Positions 28,079 to 37,556 of a stretch of 64,000 bases of DNA are shown here, piece by piece. The notes beneath the pieces were generated by a model. It saw nothing but the letters and a program-made list of their open reading frames with translations. It made no database searches and had not been told where the DNA came from. Every line of letters starts with the position of its first letter. Position 1 is the stretch's first letter. Made by a program: the position numbers and the translations under genes. Location of the stretch: positions 19,016 through 83,015 of the forward strand of contig SVQA01000009.1 of assembly GCA_015065545.1 (NCBI GenBank), read 5' to 3'. This DNA comes from Oscillospiraceae bacterium. GTDB taxonomy: Bacteria; Bacillota; Clostridia; Oscillospirales; Acutalibacteraceae.

Positions 28079-29356
28079 TTATTCTGTTTCTTCAGGTAAT
28101 GCTCCTACACTAAAAGACTCAAGAGGAGTTGTGTTTGCTTCAACCGAGGAGAGTTTTCTGCAAATCTGACGAGTGCGGACACCCACCAGTTTATCAAGCT
28201 CGGAATTCGCTTGGTCAAGTCTTTGCTGTGTGAGCATAAGAACATCGTTAAACTTCTCAAACTCTGTTTTAACAGAGCCTAAAATCTTCCAGACCTCTGC
28301 AGAGCGTTTCTGCACAGCAAGGGTCTTAAAGCCCATCTGCAAGGAGTTAAGCAGCGCTGCCATTGTGCTGGGACCTGCAATATTCACCTTGTATTCTCGC
28401 TGCAAAACTTCAACCATACCTCTGTTTACCGCCTCTGCATACAAGCCCTCTGTAGGCAGAAACATAACCGCAAACTCTGTGGTTGAGGGTGGGTCGATAT
28501 ATTTATCCCTGATGTCTTTAGCTTCTTTCTTAAGTGTAGTGAGTAGTACCTTTGCCGCCGCATCAACAGCCTCTTTTGAGCCCGATTCGTAAGCATCCTG
28601 CAAAGCCAAATAGGTATCTCCGGGGAATTTAGAATCGATAGGAAGATAAACAAAGCCTTCATCCTCTGCAGGAAGCTTAACTGCGAACTCTACTCTCTCT
28701 GTGCTTCTGGGCTTTGTTGCAACGTTCTCCTCGTACTGTTCGGGAGCAAGTATCTCCTTAAGTATAGAGCCCAGCTGAATTTCACCTAAAATACCACGAG
28801 TCTTAACATTAGAGAGAACTTTCTTAAGGTCGCCCACACCAACAGCAAGGGTACGCATTTCACCGAGACCCTTGTAAACCTGCTCAAGACGTTCGTTAAC
28901 AAGAGCAAAGGACTGAGTCATTTTATCCTCGAGGGTCTTCTGGAGCTTTTCGTCAACAGTCTTACGCATTTCATCAAGCTTGCGATTGTTGTCTTCCTGC
29001 ATATAAGCAAGACGCTTCTCTACGGTTGTGCGGATAATATCCAGCTTTTGCTCGTTCTCCAGAGAAAAGGTCTTAAAACGTTCTTCAAAGCCTATCATTT
29101 TTTCGTTCTGACTTGCAGCCGCATTCTGCTGATTGAGCGAGAGAATGTCTCCTAAATTTTTAACCGATTGCTGAACATTCTGAGATACCTCCTGCCTGAG
29201 TGCCTGAGCATCCTTGGAGGAATTCTCTGAAATTTTGCGAATCAGCCCCTCGGTATTATCCTTCTTTGAAAACACCTTCAAAGCAATCACAATCAAAAGA
29301 ATAAAAACGACTGCAATGAGGGAAAGTAAAATATAAAACTGTGTATCTGAGGGCAT
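28079..29356 (-). CDS. rmuC: DNA recombination protein RmuC
   Basis: N-terminal TM and coiled coil; KTRGILGEIQL, LPIDSKFP, MFLPTEGLYAE, GPSTMAALLNSLQMGF. Confidence 0.93.
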   Translation of the reverse strand: MPSDTQFYILLSLIAVVFILLIVIALKVFSKKDNTEGLIRKISENSSKDAQALRQEVSQNVQQSVKNLGDILSLNQQNAAASQNEKMIGFEERFKTFSLENEQKLDIIRTTVEKRLAYMQEDNNRKLDEMRKTVDEKLQKTLEDKMTQSFALVNERLEQVYKGLGEMRTLAVGVGDLKKVLSNVKTRGILGEIQLGSILKEILAPEQYEENVATKPRSTERVEFAVKLPAEDEGFVYLPIDSKFPGDTYLALQDAYESGSKEAVDAAAKVLLTTLKKEAKDIRDKYIDPPSTTEFAVMFLPTEGLYAEAVNRGMVEVLQREYKVNIAGPSTMAALLNSLQMGFKTLAVQKRSAEVWKILGSVKTEFEKFNDVLMLTQQRLDQANSELDKLVGVRTRQICRKLSSVEANTTPLESFSVGALPEETE

Positions 29357-29489
29357 ATTTCTGCCTCCTTTCTTCTATGCATTTATAATATCATTTGTGG
29401 CATTTCAAAGTCAACCATAATTCACATATTCAAAAGTCACTGTCCTAAATATAGTACATACCCTGCAAGATTTTGCAGGGTATGTGAAT

Positions 29490-30416
29490 TTATACAGTAA
29501 AATACGTTGCAATATGTTTTTCGCACATATCGGGAGAATACTGAAACTCGTCAATATGAGAGGCATTTGTAAAGTATCTGGGCTTCTGTGGACTGTATTT
29601 ATAATCAAAGGTTTCCACAATAATGAGCTTTATCTTCATTTTTGAGGGAATGATACTTTTTATGTATACGCTTGCCTGCTGACCTACCCTTATCCCTTCT
29701 TTACTCTCGGCAAGTCCGGCAAGGTTAGGTGCAAGCTCTACAAAGGCACCATAATTTTCTATTGATCTTATAACTCCTGCTACGGTCTCCCCTGCAGAAA
29801 AAAGCTCTGCGTTCTCCTGCCATGTACCAAGAAGCTCCTTGTGGCTCAGAGATATTCTGCCGTTTTCCATAGATTTGATTATCGCTTTGATGTCCATTCC
29901 AACAGTAAATCTCTCTGATGGGTGCTCAATTCTTGATACCGAAATGGCGTCAATGGGCAGAAGTGCTACAATTCCGCAACCGATGTCTGCAAAAGCACCG
30001 AAGGTTTCAAGGTGGGTGATCTTTGCATCGACCACATCCCCCACCGACAGCTTATCTACAAAACCATCAAGACACCTTTTCTGTGCCGCTTCTCTTGAAA
30101 GCAGTGCTACGGTTGCACCGCTTTCATCTCGGTCAAAGCCTGTTATCACAAAGCTTACAGGTCGGTTAACACGAGAAATCACCGCAATATCCCTTACCTT
30201 TCCCTCTTTGATACCAAGTGCTCCCTCACATCTTGGTATAATACCCTTGATACAGCCCAAATCTACTGTTAAATTATGAGCCGCATCACATACAGTTGCT
30301 CTTGCCTCAAGAATTTTGCGGTCACGATACGCTTCGCAAAGTGAGGATATACTCTCCATATACATCGCATTTTCCTCTTTTTCCATAAGACATCCTTCAG
30401 GTAAAAAGTCCGTCAT
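29490..30416 (-). CDS. S1 RNA-binding domain protein (three S1 repeats)
   Basis: THLETFGAFADIG, RSIENYGAFVELA S1 signatures; GGAGG RBS before ATG 30416. Confidence 0.85.
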   Translation of the reverse strand: MTDFLPEGCLMEKEENAMYMESISSLCEAYRDRKILEARATVCDAAHNLTVDLGCIKGIIPRCEGALGIKEGKVRDIAVISRVNRPVSFVITGFDRDESGATVALLSREAAQKRCLDGFVDKLSVGDVVDAKITHLETFGAFADIGCGIVALLPIDAISVSRIEHPSERFTVGMDIKAIIKSMENGRISLSHKELLGTWQENAELFSAGETVAGVIRSIENYGAFVELAPNLAGLAESKEGIRVGQQASVYIKSIIPSKMKIKLIIVETFDYKYSPQKPRYFTNASHIDEFQYSPDMCEKHIATYFTV

Positions 30417-30565
30417 ATTAAAAGCCTCCGAAATATTTTCTTTTAAAACATTTCTATGATTCAAAACTTCATATTATTCCCTTATTAAAATCACATTTTG
30501 TATTGAAAAATTCACAATTATATAGTAAAATATAAGTATCTATTGCAAACGGAAGGTATATTTCA

Positions 30566-31318
30566 ATGAAATCAAAATCCATATTGGCTTTTTGCCTTTG
30601 TCTTCTTCTTTGTTGCAGTCTGTTTCTGACTGCCTGCAACAAAGAATATAGCTCACAGAAGGCTTCCGCCGACACAGTAACCACCACCTCTGCTGTTTCT
30701 ACAGAAGATGAGGCTATGCAGTTAATCACCGGCATAGAGACAACTTCTGAAGTTAGCACTTCCACCGAAGCTCCCACAACAGAGGCACAAACCACAGTCC
30801 CCAAAAAGACAACTGCTCCTCAAAAGCAGGAAACTCCCCAGCAAAATAATGACGGCGGAAACAACTCAAGCGCAGGACCTGTTGACAGCAAGCCTATGAC
30901 CTGCACCATAACTGTGGGCGAAAAGAACCTTAAGGCAGAATACGGCGATGTCCTCACCTATACATACTATTTAAAGACACCAAAAATGATTGAAAATGTA
31001 CAGGCAGCCGTTAATTACACCCCAAACTGCCTGCAACTTATTGATGATAAGATTGAAACCACACTCCCTGTTATCCATTCAGGTGCAATTATCAACACAG
31101 AGAATCAGGGTGTTGTCAAATACAACGCAATCAACATTTCAGGCTTTGACTTCAGAGAAGAGGGTGTGCTCATTACTCTCCGCTTTAAAGTTATCTTCGG
31201 CGGCAGCGGTGCAATTGTAAATGCCATTGAATTTATGGACGAAAAGGGTGCCGAGGTCGCTTACGTTGACAACTTCAAAATGTCCAAAGATATTAAAATC
31301 AGAGAAGAATTAAAATAA
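30566..31318 (+). CDS. Lipoprotein with Thr/Glu/Pro linker and C-terminal cohesin-like domain
   Basis: Lipobox LTAC; linker; GDVLTYTYYL...VNYTPNCLQLI...VKYNAINISGFDF...GVLITLRFKV pattern typical of cohesin beta-sandwich. Confidence 0.6.
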   Translation: MKSKSILAFCLCLLLCCSLFLTACNKEYSSQKASADTVTTTSAVSTEDEAMQLITGIETTSEVSTSTEAPTTEAQTTVPKKTTAPQKQETPQQNNDGGNNSSAGPVDSKPMTCTITVGEKNLKAEYGDVLTYTYYLKTPKMIENVQAAVNYTPNCLQLIDDKIETTLPVIHSGAIINTENQGVVKYNAINISGFDFREEGVLITLRFKVIFGGSGAIVNAIEFMDEKGAEVAYVDNFKMSKDIKIREELK

Positions 31319-31338
31319 TATGTTCGGAGGAAGTTTAA

Positions 31339-32152
31339 ATGAAATCTAAAAAATTTTTAAGTCTGCTTCTTGCAGGCACAATGATACTTGGCTCCTCGGT
31401 TGCTCTCTCTGGCTGTGATAAGGACGATGTAAAAACTGACACAACCGCATCTGCAACTCAAGCCACCGAAAATGAAGAAACCCCAACCGCTACTTCACAA
31501 GTAACCACTACAAACAAGGAGACTCCATCCGATATGAAAGCTTACAAACCCACTCTTAATCCCGAAATCAAAAAAGACACAGAAAATACTATCGGCTATC
31601 AGCTGGAAATGCCAAAGGCAGGCGACCAGATTGCTGTTATCCACACCACTATGGGCGACATCACTCTACAACATCCGCGGTTCCGTATCTATGGCAAACT
31701 CAGGTAAGAACACAAACGGCAGCCAGTTCTTTATCAACCAGTCAGGTGCAGAAAGCTTCAGCCGCTCATCTTACGATTATCAGGACGGTATCGACTTCAC
31801 CGAGCTTTACAATGAGCTTATTACCTATTATCCAGAATATGTTTCCTACTATGGTGAGACTTTCAAGGCACAGTATCCCACAGAAGAGGATTTTGTAGCA
31901 TACTATCTTTCTCAGCAGTTCTCTCCCTTAAAATCCGAGGTTCCCGAGGAGGTTTGGAAGCTTTACGAAGAGAACGGCGGTAACATTCACCTTGATGGTG
32001 CTCTCAGAATCTCCGGCGGTCACACAGTATTCGCTCAGGTTATTGAGGGTATGGATGTAGTAGATGCTATCGCAAAGGTTGAGGTTGACAGTGAAACCAA
32101 CAAGCCCAAGACCGACGTTAAAATCACAACTGTAGAAATTAAAACCTACTGA
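31339..32152 (+). pseudogene. Lipoprotein cyclophilin-type PPIase with an apparent 200-nt internal deletion and frameshift
   Basis: Lipobox LSGC; GDITL joins directly to YNIRGSVSMAN in another frame at CTCT 31664-31667; the intact paralog downstream has 200 nt between the equivalent CTCT copies. Confidence 0.85.
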
Positions 32153-32239
32153 TAAACCACAAAAGGAAATTACAAAATACTGATTCAGTACTTTGTTTAT
32201 ATATTTCAGTTCACTTTAATTCAGAAAGGAAAAATCACA

Positions 32240-33142
32240 ATGAACGCAAAAAAAATCATCAGCATGACTCTTGTAATCCTGCTCGCATTCGGTGCAATCT
32301 TTGCTATGACAGGCTGCAAGAAAACTTCCGAGAAGTATCATCCCGACGCACAGGAAGTTACTAACCTTGAGGGTTACGAAGTTGGCTATCAGCTCGAGAT
32401 GCCCAAAGACGGCGACCAGATTGCTATCATCCACACAACTATGGGTGACATCACTCTCCGTCTCTTCCCCGAGGCAGCTCCCAAAGCTGTTGAGAACTTC
32501 ATTGCTCTCTCCGAGGCAGGCACATACAACGGAACACTCTTCCACAGAGTTATCAACGACTTTATGATTCAGACAGGCGACTACGAGAAGGGCGACGGCA
32601 CAGGCGGTAAGAGCACATGGGACGAGGCTTTCGAAGACGAGTTCACAAACAAGCTCTTCAATATCAAAGGTGCTGTTTCTATGGCTAATAACGGTGTTGA
32701 CTCCAACGGCAGCCAGTTCTTCATCAACACAGCAAGCCCCGACGCCTTTGACGCAGATGCTATAGATTTCGATACAATGTACGATCAGATGGTTGATTCC
32801 TACGAAATGATGAAGGAATACTATGGTTATCAGTTCTACAAATCATTCAAGAATGCCGATGACTACATCAGAGCTTCTCAAGAAGAAGGCGGTGCAGGCG
32901 GCATCTACCCCTTAAGCTACGAAATTCCTGAGGAAGTTCTTGAGCTTTACAAGAAGAACGGTGGTAACATCCATCTTGACGGCGCATTCAGAGAGAGCGG
33001 CGGTCACACAGTATTTGCTCAGGTTATCGACGGCTTTGATGTTGTAGACAAGATTCAGAAGGCAGCTGTTGACGAGAACAACAAGCCCACTACAGACATC
33101 AAGATCACTTCCATCGAAATCACAACCTACAAAGCAAAATAA
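32240..33142 (+). CDS. Lipoprotein cyclophilin-type peptidyl-prolyl isomerase with large insertion
   Basis: Lipobox MTGC; FHRVINDFMIQTGD, GAVSMAN, NGSQFFI, HLDG...HTVFAQV. Confidence 0.93.
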   Translation: MNAKKIISMTLVILLAFGAIFAMTGCKKTSEKYHPDAQEVTNLEGYEVGYQLEMPKDGDQIAIIHTTMGDITLRLFPEAAPKAVENFIALSEAGTYNGTLFHRVINDFMIQTGDYEKGDGTGGKSTWDEAFEDEFTNKLFNIKGAVSMANNGVDSNGSQFFINTASPDAFDADAIDFDTMYDQMVDSYEMMKEYYGYQFYKSFKNADDYIRASQEEGGAGGIYPLSYEIPEEVLELYKKNGGNIHLDGAFRESGGHTVFAQVIDGFDVVDKIQKAAVDENNKPTTDIKITSIEITTYKAK

Positions 33143-33174
33143 TCCCCACACTACTTTATAAAAGGTGTGATAAT

Positions 33175-34023
33175 ATGAGCGATAAACCGATAATCGCCAT
33201 AATGTATGACTTTGATAAAACCTTAAGCACTCGGGATATGCAAGATTTTGCTCTTATTCCGAGTCTCGGAATGGAGTCAAGCGACTTCTGGCAGGCGGCA
33301 AATGACTTTGGCAGAGAGCAAAAGATGGACGGTATACTGGCTTATATGTACACCGCTATCCGTGAATCGCGCCGACACAACAAGCCCCTGCGACGAGAAA
33401 ACCTCCTTGCCCACGGCAAGTATGTTGAATTCTTCCCCGGTGTCGAAACTTGGTTTAACAGAATCAATGAATACGCAAAAACTCAAGGTGCAGAGGTCGA
33501 GCACTACATAATTTCTTCGGGAATGAAGGAAATTATCGAGGGTACTCCAATAGCCAATGAATTCAAAGAAATATTCGCCTGCGAATACTACTTTGATGAA
33601 AATGGTGATGCTGTCTGGCCTAAAACCGCAGTTAACTATACAAACAAAACCCAGTTTGTTTACCGAATAAACAAGGGTGTGCTTGATGTATCCAACGACA
33701 CCGACCTTAACCGCTCAATGCCTGACGACTCAAAACGTGTTCCATTTACCAATATGATTTACTTAGGTGATGGACTTTCAGACGTTCCATGTATGAAAAT
33801 GATGCAGGCTTACGGCGGCACATCTATTGCGGTTTATCCCGAAGGTCAGAGAAACAAGGTTGAGGAGCTTCTGCTCAAGGACAGGGTAAACTTCATCTTC
33901 CCTGCAGATTACAGACAGGAAAGCGAGCTCTCAAAGGCTATGGAGAGCATAATCCGTAAAATTGCAATCTGCGACACCTTAACCGAAATCTCTGAAGCTC
34001 AACTTAAAAGTATCAATAGCTAA
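33175..34023 (+). CDS. HAD-superfamily hydrolase
   Basis: YDFDKTL (motif I), ISSG (II), K, YLGDGLSDVP (IV). Confidence 0.88.
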   Translation: MSDKPIIAIMYDFDKTLSTRDMQDFALIPSLGMESSDFWQAANDFGREQKMDGILAYMYTAIRESRRHNKPLRRENLLAHGKYVEFFPGVETWFNRINEYAKTQGAEVEHYIISSGMKEIIEGTPIANEFKEIFACEYYFDENGDAVWPKTAVNYTNKTQFVYRINKGVLDVSNDTDLNRSMPDDSKRVPFTNMIYLGDGLSDVPCMKMMQAYGGTSIAVYPEGQRNKVEELLLKDRVNFIFPADYRQESELSKAMESIIRKIAICDTLTEISEAQLKSINS

Positions 34024-34187
34024 CACAGAAGGCATAGTTCAAATCTGAACTATGCCTTTCTTTTATATAATGAATGGATATTGTTTAAATACATTATTTA
34101 GTTAAACTTCGATATAATAGAAGAACACCGCTTCCCAAAAGAGAAGCGGTGTTTTGTTAGCTTTATAGGGAGTAAATCACTATGTGA

Positions 34188-37184
34188 TTACATATCTTCC
34201 CACATATTTGTCTGCTGGTTGTATGCTTTATCCCATTCGATTGTAAGGTCACCTGTCTGCTGACCGTTACCGCCGTTATTGAATACTACTCTGTTGTACT
34301 GATCACTAATCTGGCATCTGTAGATACCGTTACCCATTGACTCCATCTGAAGACCGGGCCACTCTGCAGCAGAGCCGCCGCCGTCTGTCCATACGTGACA
34401 ATGCAAGTTACCCCAGTCGAGAGTATTCTTAAAGTAGATATAATCTCCATCGGGTACAGGAGGATTGGGGTCATCTGTTCCGGGACCGGGATCGGGGTTA
34501 TTGGGAAGCAGAGAAGGATCAAGGGGGAACTTTGTAACGTCTACAACATCAGAAAGTAAACCTGCCCAATCGTTCTTTGCCATATCAAAGATTGCAAAGT
34601 TATCGGGAATTACAAGGTCATCTGTCTGTGCACCGCCGTTATCATTGAAGATAATTCTGTTAGCAGACTTATCTACCATTGCAAAGTAGTAGCCGCCGCC
34701 AACGGACTGCATCTGTGTGCCGGGCCATGCGTCGTAAGCGTCACCGCCGTCAGTCCAAGTATGAGTATAGGGATTAGAATAGCTTGAGTTGATAAGAACG
34801 ATTACATTTGTATCAAGCTGTGTAAGGTCAACTGTGCCGTCAGGCTGAATAGGTGTAGTATCTGTTGTGGGCAGTGTGGGAATCACAGGATTATCTGCAG
34901 GTTTTGTTGTGGGCTTGGTTGTAGGATTAACAGGTGTATCCTCACTGCCCTTATAGAGAACATTCTCGCCGATAGCAAAGCCTGTCTCAATATCTGCAAC
35001 ACATTTCTGAATAGCTGTTGCATCCTTAACGTTTACTGTTTCGCTGCCGTCAACATTAGCTGCAAACTTAGCCTTGTCATCAAAACTCTCAAGACCTGCA
35101 ACGAATTTCTGAACAGCAGTTGCATCCTTAACATTTACCTTACCGGAAAGGTCTGCGTCACCGAGTACTACATACTCTGCAGGAATGTTAATGTTGCCGT
35201 TGCTTGTGGGGATTGTTGTGGGCTTTGTTTCTGTTGTAGGAGTAGAGGGAATGGGCTGTGTGGGCTTAGTTGTGGGAATCTCTGCACCTGCTGCAAGCTC
35301 AACAAGGATTGTGCCGTGTGCACCGGAGTTGAAGATTACTTTGCCATTCTCTACAGTAGCTGTCTTGCCGTCATAAGCATTGCGAACTGTTGCACCGTTA
35401 GCAAATGTGTTGCCGAGAGTAATTGTAATGTTTGTGTTGTTGTTTGCACCAACTACACAAGCTACGTTATCTGTAACGCCGCCTTTATTATATGTACGGG
35501 CAAATGCTACACCGTTTGTAGCGTTGAGGTTTGTGTGTGCACCTGCACCAACTGCAACGTGGTTGTTACGGAATGTACCAACCTTCTGCCAGTGGTCAAG
35601 AACCTTTGAAGCCTCGCTGGAGGAATTGGAAAGTTCGGACCAGTTCATAAAGCCTCTGGGCTTATGATCGGGAATGGAGCAGTCTACAAGCTGTCTGTTG
35701 GATTCGTCGCCGTAGAAGATCTGAACACCACCGGGGAGAAGCAGGAATGCAGAACCCTGATAGTAGATATCATTACGGCAAAGACCTGTATCGTGAGAAG
35801 AAATGTATGTGAGTACATTGAAGTTGTCGTTTGTGTTGATCTTACCTGCGTAACTTGCATAAGTTTCGTTGAGGTTACCAACCTTCTTCATACCATCACA
35901 GCCTGAACCTGTGCTGGATCCTGTTAAGGAGAAGTTAATCATAGAATCAAAGCCGTTCTGGTAATACTGGTTGTAGTCAACACCCTGACCGTAGTTTTCA
36001 CCTGTCATCCAGAACTCTTCGTCCCAGTTTGCACCGGGTGCATTGGGGTTAGCCTTTCTCCAGTTCTCAAGAGCTTTTGTACAAGCTGTGGAGAGAGCCT
36101 TCCAAGACTCCTGCTCAACGTGCTTTGCTGTATCGCAACGGAAACCGTCGATACCAAACTGCTCAACCCACTGTGCATACCAAGCAACAAGGTGGTTACG
36201 AACTGTTCTGCCGCTGAGGTTATACTTCTGGAATGTAGCGTTAAGCTCATTCATCTTCTGGCTGTATGTACCCTCTTTTGTCCACTTTGTCTTGAGGTAT
36301 GTGGGAACATCTGAGAAAGTCTTTGTGGATTCTGTCTTAAAGTCGGGGAGATATACCTGAGAGTTTGTCAGGTCATTTGTGCCGTCTGCTTTGTAGCCTG
36401 CAAGACCTGCACGAATCCAATCTGCACCCCACCATCTGAGCCAAGCATTAGGATCAGAGTCGTAGTCGATTACGCTGTGGTAATTATCCTGGCTGATCTT
36501 GGAGAAATTAAAATACTTATCCTGCCAACCGTTCTTAAGAGTACCGAAGTTGTACTCGTTCATATCATAGATTGTATTATAGCCGGGGTGATTAAGAACT
36601 ACGTCAAGAACAATACGGATGCCCTTGCTGTGAGCTGTATCAATCATCTCTTTGAACTCTGCTTCTGTACCGAAGTTCTTATCAAGCTCAGAGAAATCAG
36701 CGCCATAGTAGCCGTGGTAAGCATAGTGTGCAAAGCTCTGTTTACCGTCACCGCCTACTGTGTAGCCGTGAATCTGCTCAAACCAACCGGCAACCCAGAT
36801 TGCGTTTACACCAAGGTCTGTGAAATAACCTTCGTTAAGCTTCTTGGTAATACCTTTGAAGTCACCACCCTGGAAGGTTGCAACATTACCGTTGAAGGTA
36901 GAGCTACCATTTCTGATTGTACCATAATCAACCTTATTGCCATTTTTGTCAAGTCCGCGATTATAGCTGTTGTCGTTACTTGTGTTACCGTTGTTAAAAC
37001 GGTCTGTGAGAAGGAAGTAAACTGTTGCGTTGTCCCAAGTGAAGTCGTTTGCTGCTTTGGGATATGCAACTGCTGTTTCTGCTACCTGAGTTTCGGCAGC
37101 CTGAGTAGTGAAACCAATTGCAAAGACAGACACTAAAGTCATAATTGCAAGGATAACACTGAGAAGTCCTTTAGCTCTTTTCAT
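34188..37184 (-). CDS. Secreted GH13 alpha-amylase (MalS/GH13_19-like) with internal dockerin and two CBM26-like starch-binding modules
   Basis: FTWDNATVYFLLTDRF, DVVLNH, GFRCDTAKHV, TGENY, ISSHDT; dockerin GDADLSGKVNVKDATAVQK; WPGTQM / WPGLQM modules; GAAAGGA RBS before ATG 37184. Confidence 0.92.
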   Translation of the reverse strand: MKRAKGLLSVILAIMTLVSVFAIGFTTQAAETQVAETAVAYPKAANDFTWDNATVYFLLTDRFNNGNTSNDNSYNRGLDKNGNKVDYGTIRNGSSTFNGNVATFQGGDFKGITKKLNEGYFTDLGVNAIWVAGWFEQIHGYTVGGDGKQSFAHYAYHGYYGADFSELDKNFGTEAEFKEMIDTAHSKGIRIVLDVVLNHPGYNTIYDMNEYNFGTLKNGWQDKYFNFSKISQDNYHSVIDYDSDPNAWLRWWGADWIRAGLAGYKADGTNDLTNSQVYLPDFKTESTKTFSDVPTYLKTKWTKEGTYSQKMNELNATFQKYNLSGRTVRNHLVAWYAQWVEQFGIDGFRCDTAKHVEQESWKALSTACTKALENWRKANPNAPGANWDEEFWMTGENYGQGVDYNQYYQNGFDSMINFSLTGSSTGSGCDGMKKVGNLNETYASYAGKINTNDNFNVLTYISSHDTGLCRNDIYYQGSAFLLLPGGVQIFYGDESNRQLVDCSIPDHKPRGFMNWSELSNSSSEASKVLDHWQKVGTFRNNHVAVGAGAHTNLNATNGVAFARTYNKGGVTDNVACVVGANNNTNITITLGNTFANGATVRNAYDGKTATVENGKVIFNSGAHGTILVELAAGAEIPTTKPTQPIPSTPTTETKPTTIPTSNGNINIPAEYVVLGDADLSGKVNVKDATAVQKFVAGLESFDDKAKFAANVDGSETVNVKDATAIQKCVADIETGFAIGENVLYKGSEDTPVNPTTKPTTKPADNPVIPTLPTTDTTPIQPDGTVDLTQLDTNVIVLINSSYSNPYTHTWTDGGDAYDAWPGTQMQSVGGGYYFAMVDKSANRIIFNDNGGAQTDDLVIPDNFAIFDMAKNDWAGLLSDVVDVTKFPLDPSLLPNNPDPGPGTDDPNPPVPDGDYIYFKNTLDWGNLHCHVWTDGGGSAAEWPGLQMESMGNGIYRCQISDQYNRVVFNNGGNGQQTGDLTIEWDKAYNQQTNMWEDM

Positions 37185-37462
37185 AATAACATTCCTTTCA
37201 ATTAGTTTTTGTAAAGCCAATCCCTTACAAATAACATTATATCAAAATACACCAATAAATAACAAGGTGCAAACTTTACAAGTGTATGGCTGTTTTTTAT
37301 CTAATTTTCGTCATCATACAGAAATCAGGTTATTTTTTCATATTATTTTTCTTTTCTATATATAACACAAGCAAAATAAGGAAAACACCACACTCTTTTT
37401 AATAATAGCAATTTATATAAAAATAGTCCTGCAAATTCTATGTTTTAATCTAATAAAATCAA

Positions 37463-37499
37463 TTGACAAATTGACAGTATACAATTATAATTCTATACT
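37463..37499 (+). promoter_or_regulatory. Two overlapping near-consensus SigA promoters for potABCD
   Basis: TTGACA(37463)-17-TATAAT(37486) and TTGACA(37471)-17-TATACT(37494). Confidence 0.75.
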
Positions 37500-37556
37500 G
37501 TATAAATCTACAAATTTATATAAAATACCTTAATATTCTTTCGGGGGTGTTGTTTT

